This document shows, in pieces, positions 1 to 13,695 of a stretch of 64,000 bases of DNA. Within the stretch, counting starts at the first letter, position 1. Each line of letters starts with the position of its first letter. Source of the DNA: Eledone cirrhosa (Eukaryota); NCBI GenBank assembly GCA_964016885.1, contig CAXHJY010000690.1, positions 29,863-93,862 of the forward strand. The letters are read 5' to 3'. The notes below the pieces were generated by a model. It saw only the letters and a list, made by a program, of their open reading frames with translations, searched no databases and had not been told where the DNA came from. Position numbers and translations under genes: made by a program.

Positions 1-316
1 TAACTGATTCTGCAACTGAATGAAATAGTGCTAGTCCTGTAGAAGTCATTTCCATTCAAAATAAATTATGTACCCTTAATAGACAACCATCCTATTTCAT
101 TATATATATATAACCCTCCCAAAGTATAACAATATCAGTTTCAACAAGTTTTCAGATAAGAAATCTCGCAAAACAAATTTAAAAACGAATTATATATAAA
201 TACACCTTTTACACAATATTGTATTACCCATGGTATGGCCAATGAGAAAGCTAAATTTTGTTTGTTTGCCCCACATGGTTCATGTTTCCATGTGCAACTT
301 TACTAATATATATATG

Positions 317-357
<41 letters not shown>

Positions 358-361
358 ATAT

Positions 362-1484
362 CAGGGGCGAAGGGTCCGTGCATGCAACGCATGCAGTGCA
401 TGCATATTAGAATCTTGAGTTGATCAATTGCGTCAGTTGAAGCAAGCAGAATTTTGGCTGCTTACTAAAACGTATAGACACAAAAAAGATAACACACACA
501 CATGCAAACACGACAGCTTTGGGGCAAGCAGAATTTTGACTGCTTACTAAATTGTAGACACATAAAAAGATAACACTACATGTGGCTTTGACCGGAAGGG
601 TCATTTAGAGGGGCGTGCATGCATCAACGACACGAGGTCCAAACGAGAAGTGGTCAAACCGGCCACTTATTTCACCGACGATTCTAGAATATACATGTGT
701 CGCCTTAGCTGGGGAATTTTCCTGGTTATATAGGTAAAGTTAAAATTTTCCTGATGGAATAGGTAAATTTTTCAGTCACTTATTCATTCCAATGTTTTAA
801 ATTTTAATTTCAAATATATCAAATTATTTTTTAAAAAGTTACGCAAAAATTACATTTTCCACATTTTCATTCATCCACATGATGGCAAAAGAATTAGTTC
901 AGTTTCTTCTCTACTTTCTCGATCTTTTGCATCAAGAAGCTTTGAAGAGAGAAAGAATATCATTCTTGGAAAAGAGAAATCTAAGCTTGAAATTAAGACA
1001 AAGACAAAAGTGAGCGGCAAGAAATGTTATTGTTATTTTGATTCCAAATATTATGATCAATATGAGTGGATGACGGGATGTCCCATTCTGAACAAATTGT
1101 TCTGTTTCCCATGTCTGTTGTTTTGTCACCATTGTAATACATGGACAACCACTGGTTACTGCAATTTGAACAATTTGATTACAGCTTTGACAAGACACAA
1201 AAAATCTCAGAACTACTTGAGTTCCGTAATTGCTCTGAAAACCCTTGGTCGACATCGAATTGATACAGAGATCGATCACTGGAAAGCAGCTTTGATTCAG
1301 TTGCATAATAGAACTGTTGAGAAAAATCATGATGTATTGAAAAGGTTAATTCATTGTGTTGAAATTTTGGCCTGTCAAGAATTATCAATTCGAGGACACG
1401 ATGAAACAGAAGACTGCACAGCCCCACTTTCCGCCATGCCGATTGGACTGCATGCCCTGCTTTCCAGGTTACCCTTCACCACTG
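362..1484 (+). mobile_element. Internally deleted hAT-superfamily DNA transposon
   Basis: Imperfect TIRs CAGGGGCGAAGGGT (362-375) and ACCCTTCACCACTG (1471-1484), 12/14 match; 8-bp TSD GTATATAT at 354-361 and 1485-1492; subterminal ~83-bp duplication (443-577); contains a transposase fragment. Confidence 0.85.
1010..1412 (+). pseudogene. N-terminal fragment of a hAT transposase (TTF-type zinc finger + ZMYM1/DUF4371-like region)
   Basis: WM..CPILNKLFCFPCLLF...WTTTGY.NL....L.RH..S..Y and LKRLIHCVEILACQELSIRGHDE motifs; similarity stops after GHDETED, at the deletion junction with the right end. Confidence 0.8.
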
Positions 1485-2906
1485 GTATATATATATAAAA
1501 GTGACGAACAAAGCAGCAATTACATCAGTTTGCTTCGGGAAACTCTGTATTCCTAGGATGGTATATGTGTTTTATATAATATATATATATAGGTGTGTGT
1601 CTATATTTATATACACAAACTGAATTGGCTGAGATTACGCCTGTGGAACCAGCTGGGTCTGCTGGTGTTTACTAATGATGCTGCTGTCTTGCGTTTTCTC
1701 CTCCCCCCCCCCTCTCCCCCTCTCTCTCTCTCTCTACGAAGATGACTCTGGTATGTTTTCTCTGTGGACGGAAGTGTTACATCAATAATAACTGCAACAG
1801 CAGTAATAGCAGCAGTTCTCTCTCACTACCAACTTCTAAGCCTTGTGGTCAGCTAGAGAATAAACAAGTCGGCTTATCCAGACCAGACCAGAGCACACTG
1901 CAATGCAGTAGTAGGTCAGGATGCTCTCTCGTAACATAGGTGCAAGTTGGAGAGCAGCCGAGAAGGAAAATTTCCTTTACTTCCTTCTCTGAAATGGAAT
2001 CTCCTGACTCTACTGGAACTTTCTTTATTAAATAATTGGTGTTGTTTCTGTTGGACCATGAGGGGATCACTGTTATGGTATATTCTTTTTTTTTTTTTTT
2101 CTTTTTAGTCAGACTAAAAGTTTGTTTGTGACCTTTTGTAGGGTCTCCTCTCAAGCTGGTGAAATTGCTGAAGCTGGAGTTTGGTTTGAACATGGACAGA
2201 AAGAACTGGGGAGGTGTTAGTTCTACTCTAAATGTGAGCAAAATGATCTTTGGTCGTGATGATAGTACTGGTTTTAATGCGGGTGGAGTGATCTTGGTGG
2301 TAGTGGTAGTACTGGTTTTAATGTGGGTGGAGTGATCTTGGTGGTGGTAATGCTGGTATTAATGTGGACAGCAAAATTTATGGCCTTGTGCCTGAATTAG
2401 AAACCTTTTCTACTGTTTTCTTTTTTCTTTGTTTTGGTTTTCCCTTTGCTTTAGTTGATATAAATTCAGCTCTGTGCTGTTTTCTCTCCTTATATTGTCT
2501 CCAATGTCCTGTGCCCTTTATGGCCAATAAAAGAAACCATTATTATTATGATAATTATCTTCTTCATTATAAGTGTCATCTTTTTCCTTGGCACAAAACC
2601 AACATTAAAGACGTGATTAATAAACTTTGTCTCATTGAGAAGGATCAGTTTCTGACTCAACTGTTATAGTTTATCTCCTGTCACCCCCACCCGCTATGGT
2701 GACTGATGACTACTCTTTAGAACTTTGTTAGTTGTACCAAACACTTCTGGCACTTATCAAACAAAGCATATCATGAACTAAATTATTCACTTTTTTTCTT
2801 TTTAAAGGCCAATAGGAGGGTTATTTGACTGCTGTTTCTAGCAGGTTGATTTCTTTCCTTTATGTCTCTTCTAGACTGTAGAATTAAATCAATTGGATTT
2901 CATATA

Positions 2907-3400
2907 ATCATCATCATTTTTACATCCTTTTTCGCCCACTTGTATGAGTTTGACGGGTCCTTCTCAGTACAACATCCCTCCATTCGCCACGTTCCTTCGC
3001 CATCTCTTCTGTGAGTCTCAGCGATTTGAGGTCAACTCTCATCACCTTTGCCCAGGTCTTTCTTGGTTTCCCTCCACTGCAGCTTCCTTCTACTGGGATT
3101 TCTTGGCACTTATTCACCCATCGATAATCATCCATGCGCATCACATGTCCGTACCAATGGGTTTTTTTAAAAACCCAGCTTCTCCCTCAGCTCATCCAAG
3201 TTCTACCTTTCTCTCACTTACATTGCACATCCAACGAAGCATGGTTGCTTCATTTCTCTCCAGTCAATGCATGTCCTATGCAATCACAGCCCATGTTTCA
3301 CTACCATGCAGCATCGCACTTTGCACGCAGACGTCATACACTCGTCCTTTTGTACATAGGGAGAGACCTTTTGTAGTCAACAGTTGGAGTATCTCTCTGA
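2907..3400 (-). mobile_element. RTE-clade LINE, 3' fragment (degenerate)
   Basis: C-terminal RTE motifs (GKPRKTW..V..DL..L.LTEEMA..R..WR) and a (TGA)n tail. Confidence 0.85.
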
Positions 3401-4048
3401 GAAAAAAGCCCAGCTATACAAGATAAGTCCATCTCTTCCGTCGATTTTGAATTAGTTACTCATGCATTAATTTTTTTTTTCATATATTTCATATATTTAT
3501 CATTCTTTAGGCCCTGGTGGCCAATAAAAGAAATATTTATCATTCTAGCAGAATATTAAGTATGAAAATGCAGATTTTAATGAAGACGATTGTTGCATAT
3601 TCATAGTTGAGGCTGCTAAAATGTGTCATGACACTCTAGTGTGTCATAAAATTGAGTCAATTCTGATGAATTTTTACCAATATTTGGCTGTGAAAGTATA
3701 TTTCAGATCTAACAGCTCTTTGTAATGAGATGCGACATGATATTTAATTGTCTATTTATTAATATTGTGTGCATGACTGTGTAGTTTGGTTTGGAACCAT
3801 GTCGTCTCGAGTTCCATCTGACTGTGTGGCACCTTGAGCAAGTTTCATAAGGCCACAAAATTGAGGCCAGGGGTAGTGATGAGGGTGAGAAGTGAAGTGG
3901 TAGTAGTTGATTAACTCAACCCTTCTCATAGTTTAAAGAATTAAAATGTCCACACACAGTTACTGATAAAATTGTAACTATATATACATCATGACTATGT
4001 GAATGTTTATATACTCACCATGTTTTCTCTGGATATCTATTTACAAAT

Positions 4049-4053
<5 letters not shown>

Positions 4054-4122
<69 letters not shown>

Positions 4123-4191
4123 GGTGTCCCCAAAAGATATATACACACTGATTACAATGTTGTTGAAGTGTGTATACATTTTTTTTACACC

Positions 4192-4281
<90 letters not shown>
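4054..4281. repeat. Two long (CA)n microsatellites
   Basis: Directly visible. Confidence 0.95.
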
Positions 4282-4284
<3 letters not shown>

Positions 4285-4716
4285 TGTGTGAAAATGTATA
4301 AATAAGTAGATAGGTAGTATGATTTAATTATCAAACACCATTCCTCACTTAATGAAAAGATTGAGTATCTAAGTCAGGTGAAGTATTTGCTGGTAGTGGG
4401 AGTATGTCTGTCTAACTTTGGAACAAGGCCACAAATTTTGGAGGGACAGAGGATGTTGATTACATCTGGATTGTCATGACTGGAACACTTTTAGTCATAG
4501 GTCTGTTCAATCAGAACTGACCTGGAGCTAAACAACAATATCAACTTGAGTGGTACTTTCTTTATCTGTTCTCAAAACGAAGAAAAGCAATGATTCGAAC
4601 TTGGTACATAAATAGTTCTAATTAAATTCTTGTATAATGACAAAATCCAGTGGGTGAAATGATCTTTCTCTCAAATACACCCCCACATGTATGTATGTGT
4701 GTGTGTATATATATAT

Positions 4717-4814
4717 ATAATATATAAGAACAAAAGATGGTTAAAGGAGTTCCGTGTATTTTATTAATAAAAGACATGGAACTCCTTTAACCATCTTTTG
4801 TTCTTATATATTAT
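4717..4814. repeat. 98-bp spacerless palindrome
   Basis: Symmetric about 4765/4766 with 2 mismatched pairs. Confidence 0.9.
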
Positions 4815-5710
4815 GTATACTCCAGTCCTACAAACTGTAGAGTGCTTCTTATCCGATATCTGCATTGCTTTATTGTACTACAATAAAACTCACCTCCTAC
4901 ATATATATATATATATATATATATGTAAATGTATATAAATATGTAAACATGTAGGTGTATATAAATAGTTATGTTATTGAATACATTTTGTGTCAATTTA
5001 TTCTATCTATAGAATGAGTCAGATAAAGATAGAGAGAGATAGACAGATAGATTGAGATAGTGAACCAATTGTGATAGATACTCTCTGTCTGTGTCTATCT
5101 CTACCTGACTCATTCTAGTGTATCTATCACAATTGATAGTAAACCAGCTGTGATAGATACACTACATTTTCATCTTAACCAAAGGAGGGCCTGAACTGCT
5201 TCATTTATGTGAGATTATTAAGCTCCAGGTCAGTTTACCTGATACAGTAAGTAGACCTATTTTTTTTATGGAAGGGAAACACCCACAACTCCTTTATTTT
5301 CCCAGTGCTTTCGAAAGTGGTTGGGAAGATTGGAGGAAGTTATCTTTAAACTAGACATACTTTGGCTGCTCATTGGTCACTGAGGGACCAGGTGGGGATG
5401 TTAAGCTGGCTGATGGATAAATTTTACCTACCTAAAAACCCATAATGCTAAAGATCTGGAACAAATACTACAAAGCATCTTATTTTATGCTCTTTTAATT
5501 CTATTAATCCACTGCTCTGAACTGTTTATCAGCACCTGAAAGGATGGAAGGCAAAATCGAACATGGCAGAATTTGAACTCAAACTGCAGAGAACCAGAAC
5601 AAATATAAAAAAAATATAGTCTATGGTACAATATACATGAAAACAAGATGGGATAATCATGTCTGGAATGTTTTTATTCCTAGGCATTCTAGAGGAAGGT
5701 TAATCTACAG

Positions 5711-5926
5711 TTAACCCTGTAGCATTTAAACTGGCCATATCTGGCAAGAATTCTCTCACCTCTTTCTGTTCAAACCGGTCATAACTTGCTACTCATACTG
5801 ATGTTATGGTATTGTTCTCAAAATAAATAATATCAAAATCTCATAGATTCGATAGTATGTGAAATAAAGTATTTACCACAAAAATACAATAGTATATATA
5901 GAGTAATGTAAATGCTAAAGGGTTAA
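5711..5926. mobile_element. piggyBac-type MITE, family A
   Basis: TTAA-CCCTGTAGCATTT ... AAATGCTAAAGGG-TTAA; TTAA TSD and CCC/GGG termini. Confidence 0.8.
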
Positions 5927-7137
5927 AAAACATTATTATCATCATATTCATATCTACCTTTTCCATGCTGGTAAATGAAGATGATTATGATGAAGATAAT
6001 ATATACACTTAATGAGCTTTGGTATATTTTCTGTCTACCAAGTTTCACTCACAAGCTATTGGTCAGCTCATGACTATTGTAAAAGATAGTTTACCCAGGG
6101 TGTTGTGCAGTGGGATGGACTCCAGAACCACATGATTGTAAAATGTGCAGCTTAACCACACAACCACACCTACACCTATCAATAATGAAATACTAAAGAA
6201 ATAACAAAAACAAAACTCTATTCAATATCCAATAAAATTCTTGACTCATGGTGATTCACTAAAGTAAATTATTTAATATATATTTCTGTCCTTGCGTTAA
6301 CGTCATCATTTTACATCTGTTCTCCATGCTGGCCAAGTTGGATGGGTCATCCCGTTTTGAGATAACATTGGTCAGATAATCATGCCATGATGCTTCACTC
6401 TTCATTCTACATTTCATATTTCAGCATGATTTCCACAGCTTTCGGCCCTTCTTTACACCAACCACTTTACACCAACCACTTTACTGTGTACTGGGAACAT
6501 TTTATCATTGCACCAGCACCATTACCATTACCACTTTACAGAGTGCACTGGGTGTATTTTATCATAGCACCAACACTAGAAAGGTTGACATGTACTCAGC
6601 TGAAGAGGCCTCTCTTCATATTTTCTTCATTGTATTCTAAGTTTTCAACAAGACTAAAGAGCTCTCTCTTCTCATTTCTTTTTGAAAAAATGCCCAGTGT
6701 TCAATCATCTCATAGGTTCACTTGTCATCTCCCCACACACCTTTTGTCACTTACCCATGATGTCCTACGTGTAATCCTTCTCATTTCTCCACACTCTATC
6801 ACCCCCCGAAGAGTAGGGAGGGATCTTCAGTCAAGCCTTTCCAACAACCTCTCTAGTACTGGTGCTATGCGTGTGGAAACATAAGTGAGAGGTCCAGTAC
6901 TGTCTTGGTCTGTGATGACCAGTCCAACTCTTGCTAGGAGGGAAAACAGATGTTAAATGATGATGATGATTGCTGTCCTTCTTTTTGAAGAACAGACCAG
7001 TGTCCAGCTATCAGTGTCACATTTTCAGTGGTTGTTGAATAATAGATTTGTTGTTACACTTTATATATGCAATTTGTTGTTGCCTTATTTGAAAATATCT
7101 GCAGTCTCTACTCAATTTCTTTTTTATCTCTCTATAT

Positions 7138-8115
7138 ATCATCATCATCATCTTGCGTCCGCTTTTCCCTGTTTGCAAGGGTGGGACGGGTCTTATTCAG
7201 CACAGCATCTCTCCACTTGTCACGGTCCTTTGTCATCTCCAGCGTGAGCTTCAGCAATCTGAGGTCTGTTCTCACCACCTCCACCCATGTTTTTCGTGGT
7301 CTACCTCTACCACGTCTTCCTTCAACTGGCACTTCTTCACCCATCGGTCATCCTCCATGCGCATCACATGTCCATACCACCGCAGTCTCCTCTCTCACAC
7401 ACTACATTCTATCCTTCTCAGACACAGTCTCTCTCTCAACACATCGATGCTGGGTCGTTCACGCACATTGACATTGCACATCCAACGAAGCATGCTTGCC
7501 TCATTTCTCTCCAGCCGTCGATATCCTCTGCAGTTGCTGCCCAAATCTCACTACCATGCAGCATCGTGCTCCTCATACAGGCATCATATAACCGGCCTTT
7601 CGTACGCAGGGAGAAACCCTTCTTCATCAGCAGAGGAAGCAGCTCCCTAAACTTCTTCCAACTCGTCCTTATTCTAGATACTATGGCCTCGGAATACCCC
7701 CTCCCATGCTAATCTGATCTAGGTATCGGAAGCTATCAACCACTTCTATAGCACCCACTTGCATTTGAAAAATGTGTCTATCAATGTGACTTCTGCTGTC
7801 TAATTTCCCTGTACATCTACTGCATGTTAGTTTGCCTGCTATCCCACTACATCTCTTGTGTACCCAAGATCTGCATTGTGTGCATTTTATAGAATTTATG
7901 CCAGTTCCTTTTCTGCATATTGAACATGGCCATTTCCCTGACGGAATCAGAGTTTTGTCCTCTTTTCTACTCAACAATTTTGTCTTAGCTAGGTTCATTC
8001 TCAGTCCTCTTGATTCCAACTGCTGTTTCCATAGCCAGAGTTTATTCTCTAGCTCCTCTACCGATTCTGCTATAAGAACCATATCGTCAGCACAGAAGTT
8101 CCCATGGACAGCCAG
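7138..8115 (-). mobile_element. RTE-clade LINE, 5'-truncated with frameshifts
   Basis: (C)ADDMVLIAES, GKWPCSICRKG..CTQCRSWVHKRC, RGRPRKTW motifs; (TGA)n tail at 7138-7152. Confidence 0.9.
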
Positions 8116-9181
8116 TCTTAAATATATATATACAAACACACACACAATAACACTCACGTTATCATACTTGTTTTTACATGTTTTTCCAACACTTGCATGG
8201 GTTAGACAAGATGTGTTTTCTGACAGGTTTTATCTTTAGCTGAATGCTCTTCCCAATGTCAGCCTGTACCTTATTCTAAGTAGGTTATATGCACCTAATA
8301 TTTCATTGCACTGCGATGCTGCCAGACATGTTTTTATGGGGGACATAAGCGACTGTCTGCCAGGCTTATAATGGTGTCAATATAATATTCACAGGGTGAG
8401 ACACATACATATGCAAAAAGCTTCTTACAGTTTCTGCTTACAGATTCACTCAGTAAGCATTGGGCAGCCTAGAGATATTAGTAGAAAACACTTACCCAGG
8501 GTGCCACCCAGTAGAGTTGAACACAAAACTGTGTAGTTCCGAAGTAAACTTCTTAACCACACAGCCATTTCTGCATCTCATGTATAATCATTATGATTCT
8601 TATATTCGTTTTTTCCATGTTTGCATAAGTCTACTCCAATACATATTACCATTTGTTATCCATCATCAGGTTCAGCTTTTTGAGGACAACCGTAACCTCT
8701 TCTTTCTGTGTCATTCTCAGGCTTCATCTTCTGTAAGTTCCTTTCGCACAAACAGACGCACATACTCACACAGTCACTCACTCACACTCACACACACACA
8801 CACGTGGTGGTAGATGTTGTGTTGTGGCTGAGTAAATGTATTTGTGTGGTGGGTCTTGGTTTAGGTTTATGGTATGTTTACTATTATTATTCTGTTGTTG
8901 GGTGGGGTTGTGAGAAACTATGTATACACACACACACTAGTAGGGGGTTTGAGAGACTATATATATACACACACACACTAGTGGGGTTGTGAGAGACTAT
9001 ATATATATATATATATATACACATGCACACTTGAAATGGTTAAAGCTTGACTGTCTGGCTTACATGTAATAGATAATATCTACACTCTGCTTTCTTTAAA
9101 GTATTGAGTAAGAAGCCGAATAATGATCTTATAAGTCATTCAACTTGTTAGACCTTGTCCACACACACACGATGATGTTGG

Positions 9182-9432
9182 TATATATACATATAGTTTG
9201 TATATATATATGTGTATATACATGTGTGTGTATATACATATGTGTGTATGTACATATATGTGTATGTACATGTGTGTATGTACATATGTGTGTGTGTATA
9301 TATATACATGTGTGTATGTATATATATGTGTGTATGTTCATGTGTGTGTATGTACATGTGTATATACATGTGTGTGTGTATCTACATATGTGTGTATGTA
9401 CATGTGTGTGTATATACATATGTATATATACA
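9182..9432. repeat. (TA/TG/CA) compound microsatellite
   Basis: Directly visible. Confidence 0.95.
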
Positions 9433-10366
9433 CTCATTACTCTTGTGTAAATGTTTCAGGGCTGTTATTGTCTATTTTATCTGCTGTTCTATAATGTCTG
9501 TGTGTGTGCTTATGCATGCATCATACACACAATTGTGTCTATGGCAACTTGTAAATTAAGCCGATTTGTTAACATCACTATTGAGAATATCAGTAGTAGC
9601 TGAGTTGAAGATACTTTAAATTGACAGGTATTCCTCTTGTATTATGTAGTGTTGACTGTTGTTGTTGTTCATACATGTGCAAGTTTAGTCAGCCTCCTAT
9701 GAGACTTGCATTGCATAGGAAGCTTTTTGGCTGTTTTAATCCTTTCATTACCAGAGTTCTAATGAAATTCATTGCCTATGATTTTCAAATAATTTTTTAA
9801 ATAATCAAATATTTAAAAGGACTTTAGTGGTATAACTTTTTCGTTATTAAGCTGTTTAGAGTTCTTATGTAAAATTATGATGGAAGATTTTTAGATAAAT
9901 ATAAGCATCATTAGTTTTGTATAATAGAATCAGGAGTGGTTTCATGTGGTATGGTATCATAGGCTTAATGACAGTGGGGCCCAATCCTATTATGATGTTG
10001 GGTTTGAGCTTATTGAGTCCTATACTTGTATATTGATGAGTGTGTGTGTGTGTGTCTATGTAATATAAAAATACACAAACTTGATCCAACTTACTGAAAA
10101 GACTTTCATATAAGGACCTGCCATATGTTCATTACTGTTTCTATCTCACAAGCACCAAGCATCGTTTGATGAGGCTTTCATTGTGAAAGTTACCAGCAGT
10201 TTATGGTTTCACCGAAATTCTATCTCTTTACCTGCTGTATTTTTAGATAATTGCAGTATCACCAGAGTAGTGAAGAACAATAGCTGAAGCTTGTATAGTG
10301 GGTTGTCAGACCCAGATTCATTTAATTTCTGTGGGATGGTGGGCATGTGTAGCATTAGCTTTAATT

Positions 10367-10401
<35 letters not shown>

Positions 10402-10404
10402 AAA

Positions 10405-10807
10405 TTAACCCTTTCATTACCATATTTTTAATGAAAGACATGAATTATGATTATCAAAACATGTTTAAAATAACCAAGAATTATTTATTTGGTGTTTGGA
10501 ACATAACTAACTATAACTTAGCAAACCTTACATAAAGATATAATAGGTTTTTAGATAAACACTTTAAAACCATTGTGACCATATTTCTAATTAAAAAGAC
10601 TATGATATTTAAATAATTTTGAAAATAATGGATAATAATATAACTAGCTTTCTTATTATTTAGCTGGTGTTTTGGAGCATAACTATAACGTAAAGGTTCT
10701 TATATAATATTATGATGAAATCTTTTTGAATATAAACATTTCAGAACAAACAGTTTTGTATTGTAGAACCAATGGTGATTTCAGAGGTTTTAGTATCAAA
10801 AGAATTA
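10405..10807. mobile_element. Older TTAA/CCCTTT MITE, family B (related copies near 9738, 12124-12607, 14281-14772, 45141-45700, 51973-52305)
   Basis: Termini TTAACCCTTTCATTACC / GTATCAAAAG..TTA and a recurring internal GCTGGTGTTTGGA(G/A)CATAAC motif; copies are diverged and boundaries approximate. Confidence 0.6.
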
Positions 10808-10899
10808 TTTTTTTTCTATTATAATTTTCTTATTTCAGGAATTTGTATTTCAGTGTGAAGTCTCATGCTAGCCAGGTGCTAATAATAATAATAAGTACA

Positions 10900-11100
10900 T
10901 TAACCCTTTAGCATTTACACTACTCTATATTTATTATTATTATATTTTCACAGTAAAGGCTTTACCTTACATAATTATCTCACATAATATCAAATCTATG
11001 AGATTTTGATATTATTTAGTTTGAGAACAATACATTATGGTTGGTTTGAACAAAAAGAGGTGAGAATTCTGGCCGGTTGGTTTAAATGCTAAAGGGTTAA
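10900..11100. mobile_element. piggyBac-type MITE, family A
   Basis: TTAA-CCCTTTAGCATTT ... AAATGCTAAAGGG-TTAA. Confidence 0.85.
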
Positions 11101-11268
11101 ACAAATAGGGATTGTACTACGGGTAGAACACTTAGAAAAAAACAGCATTGCTTGGAACAGTTCGTACACTCTGGAGGAAGGGTGTTACCTCAGTCCACTG
11201 GTAGTGAACAGCTAACACTTGTAATACATCTCAAGCATTAGAAGCTGAGCAAAGAAACAATAATGATG

Positions 11269-11440
11269 ATTTCTACTATAGGCACAAGGCCAGCAATTTT
11301 GAGGTAAGGGAAAATCGATTAAATCGACCCCAGTGCATTACTGGTGCTTTATTTTATCGACCCTGTAAGGATGAAAGGCAAAGCTAACCTCAGTGAGATT
11401 TGAAGCCAGAACGTAAAGAGCCATAACTCTGTGCTGGAAA
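11269..11440 (-). mobile_element. SINE with Nin/Deu-like core (octopus-type)
   Basis: Reverse complement of TTTGCCTTTCATCCTT..GGGTCGATAAAATAAAG.ACCAGT and the tail GGCCTTGTGCCTA..TAGAAA; many copies in the window. Confidence 0.75.
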
Positions 11441-13464
11441 GCTAATAATAATAATAATTGATTAAAACTCCATTTAACACTACTTGAAGTCTTAGTTTAT
11501 TTATCATGTTTCCTATATTCTTTTCGTTGTTCTCTCATCACCTGTGATACGTCAAGTTTTTGTTCTAGAGCAGTGAAGAAGATAAAAAGCTATATTTTAT
11601 AGGTAATGGGTTTATGATAACATCTTGGGCATTGCCCTTTCTCTGCTAACTAACTTCAACATCATTTTATGTCAGTTTTCCATGTTGGCATGCATTTGGA
11701 CAGCTTGTTTCAGTTTGAATCAGTTCTTATTTGGAGTTATTAACCTCCTAGATGGGTGGGAGAGGAGGAGGGGTCATACATTCTCATTTTTGGCAGTGTT
11801 TCTACAGCTAGATGGCCTTAACAACAACAGCTTAATAGAATGTACTGGATGCATTTTATCATGGCATCAGCACTAAGGAGGTTGTCATGTCCTCAACAAA
11901 ACTACCCTATGGTGTCTCTGATCTTTGTCCACCTACCAGAGTGATTCTACAGAGGTTGGCTTGCCCCTACATGGCAAAAAGACCCTCCCCAACTCTATGA
12001 ATATAGGTATGAAGCATTGGGTGTGAGGTGATAGGATGGTATGGAGGAAGGGTACAATGTGGTATGGAGGAAGAGTACAATGATAGCTACAAATTTTAAG
12101 TGTATTCAACTCTGCTTCTTATTTTACCCTTTCATTACCATTTTTCTAATGGAAGATACTGCCTGTGATTTTTTTTATATCATTTTGAAAGTAATCAAGA
12201 ATTTGTAGGTATTTAGCTAAATAACTAACCTATTCATTATTTAGCTGGTGTTTGGAGCATAACTTAACAAAGGTTATCAGATTACTACCAGTTGAGAGAA
12301 TGGACAATTCATTAACTCTCATGCTTATTTTGCTACTTTGGTAAATTTCTCTTTGAAATCTGGAATGTTGTTCCTTAACTCTTTTGATACCAAACAACCT
12401 AAAGCTGTTCCTGGTTTTATGATACAAAACTGTTTATTTTAAAGTGTTTATATGTATTTAAAAAAAAACTTCTGCTATAATTTTATATAAGATTCTTTGT
12501 TAATTTATGTTCCAAACAACAGTTTAGATAATAAGAAAGCTAGTTGTAGTATTAAATGTCTTCAAATTCTTGATTATTTTGCTAGATGTATGGTAAGAAA
12601 AGTGTTAAATATTCCAAACTGTTCCATATCTCTCTCCTTCCTGTTTTACTCTGCACTTTTCCTTCTCTAAATTTCTCTTCTGTTTCATTCTTTGCCACCA
12701 ATTATCAAATTTCTGTCTTGACTACAACTGGCTAGATATTTCCTCACTTTCAGTCTCTCCATATCTATTTATTAAGTTAGATGAGAATATCTGTTGTTAG
12801 TAGCAGTGGTGGTGGTTGTTGATGTTAGTGCTGTTGTTAACGGTGGCAGTTGTTGATGATGATGTTACTGCTGTTGTTAATGGTGGTTGTTGTTGTTGCT
12901 GCTACTGCTGTTGTTAGTGATGGTTGTTGTTGTTGATATTTCTACTTCCTGTCCATAAATATTGTTGCAGTAATGGGATTAGTGTGCCAAATATTTCTAA
13001 GAAATTCTTTGGAGGGTAGGAAAAGAAAAAAAAATTTTTTGCAGTGAAGGTCTAGAATATGTTTTAAAGTTAATTAAATATTAATGAATAATAATTTATT
13101 TCCTTCTAAATAATGCTGGGGATTTGCTTTTTAGATGACTTATTGTACAGGGGTTTAGTGTGGGACAATTTTCAAGAATTTACTGATTGTGTTTAAGACA
13201 AAAAGTATTGTACTGTTTAAGGAGACAAATCTAGAGCACAGAGGCAGTCAATTTTATTAAGAGCACTCCATAGGTCTTAAATTTCAACTGAAGGTTATGT
13301 TGGTGGTAACCACAATGTGTTTGACTTGGTTGGTGTATGTTTTTTTAGTTTGTGTTTGTGTGCAATTGGTTATCTCTAAGCTAGAGGTTTTCTTAAGCAA
13401 ATTGAGATTCTATCAGTTTTGATGAACAAGATTAATGAAATTAACTTGTGCCCTTAATGTAGTT

Positions 13465-13695
13465 CTCGTGAGTAATTACCTAAGTACAGCCTGTACATTA
13501 TTAAGAGTTGAGTAATTAAGGCCTGTACATTAAGAGTTGAGTGAATGCTCTAAAGCCTGTACATTATTAATGAAAGTTGAGTGAATACTCTAAGTAAGGC
13601 CTGTACATCAATTACTGAGGAGGGTTGAGTGGTTACTCTAAACTAGACCTGTACAACTGAGGAGAGCTAAGTGAATACTCTAAGTATGGTTCAGT
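13465..13695. repeat. Degenerate tandem repeat of GAGTTGAGTGAATACTCTAAG..GGCCTGTACAT (variable unit length)
   Basis: About five to six recognisable copies. Confidence 0.7.
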
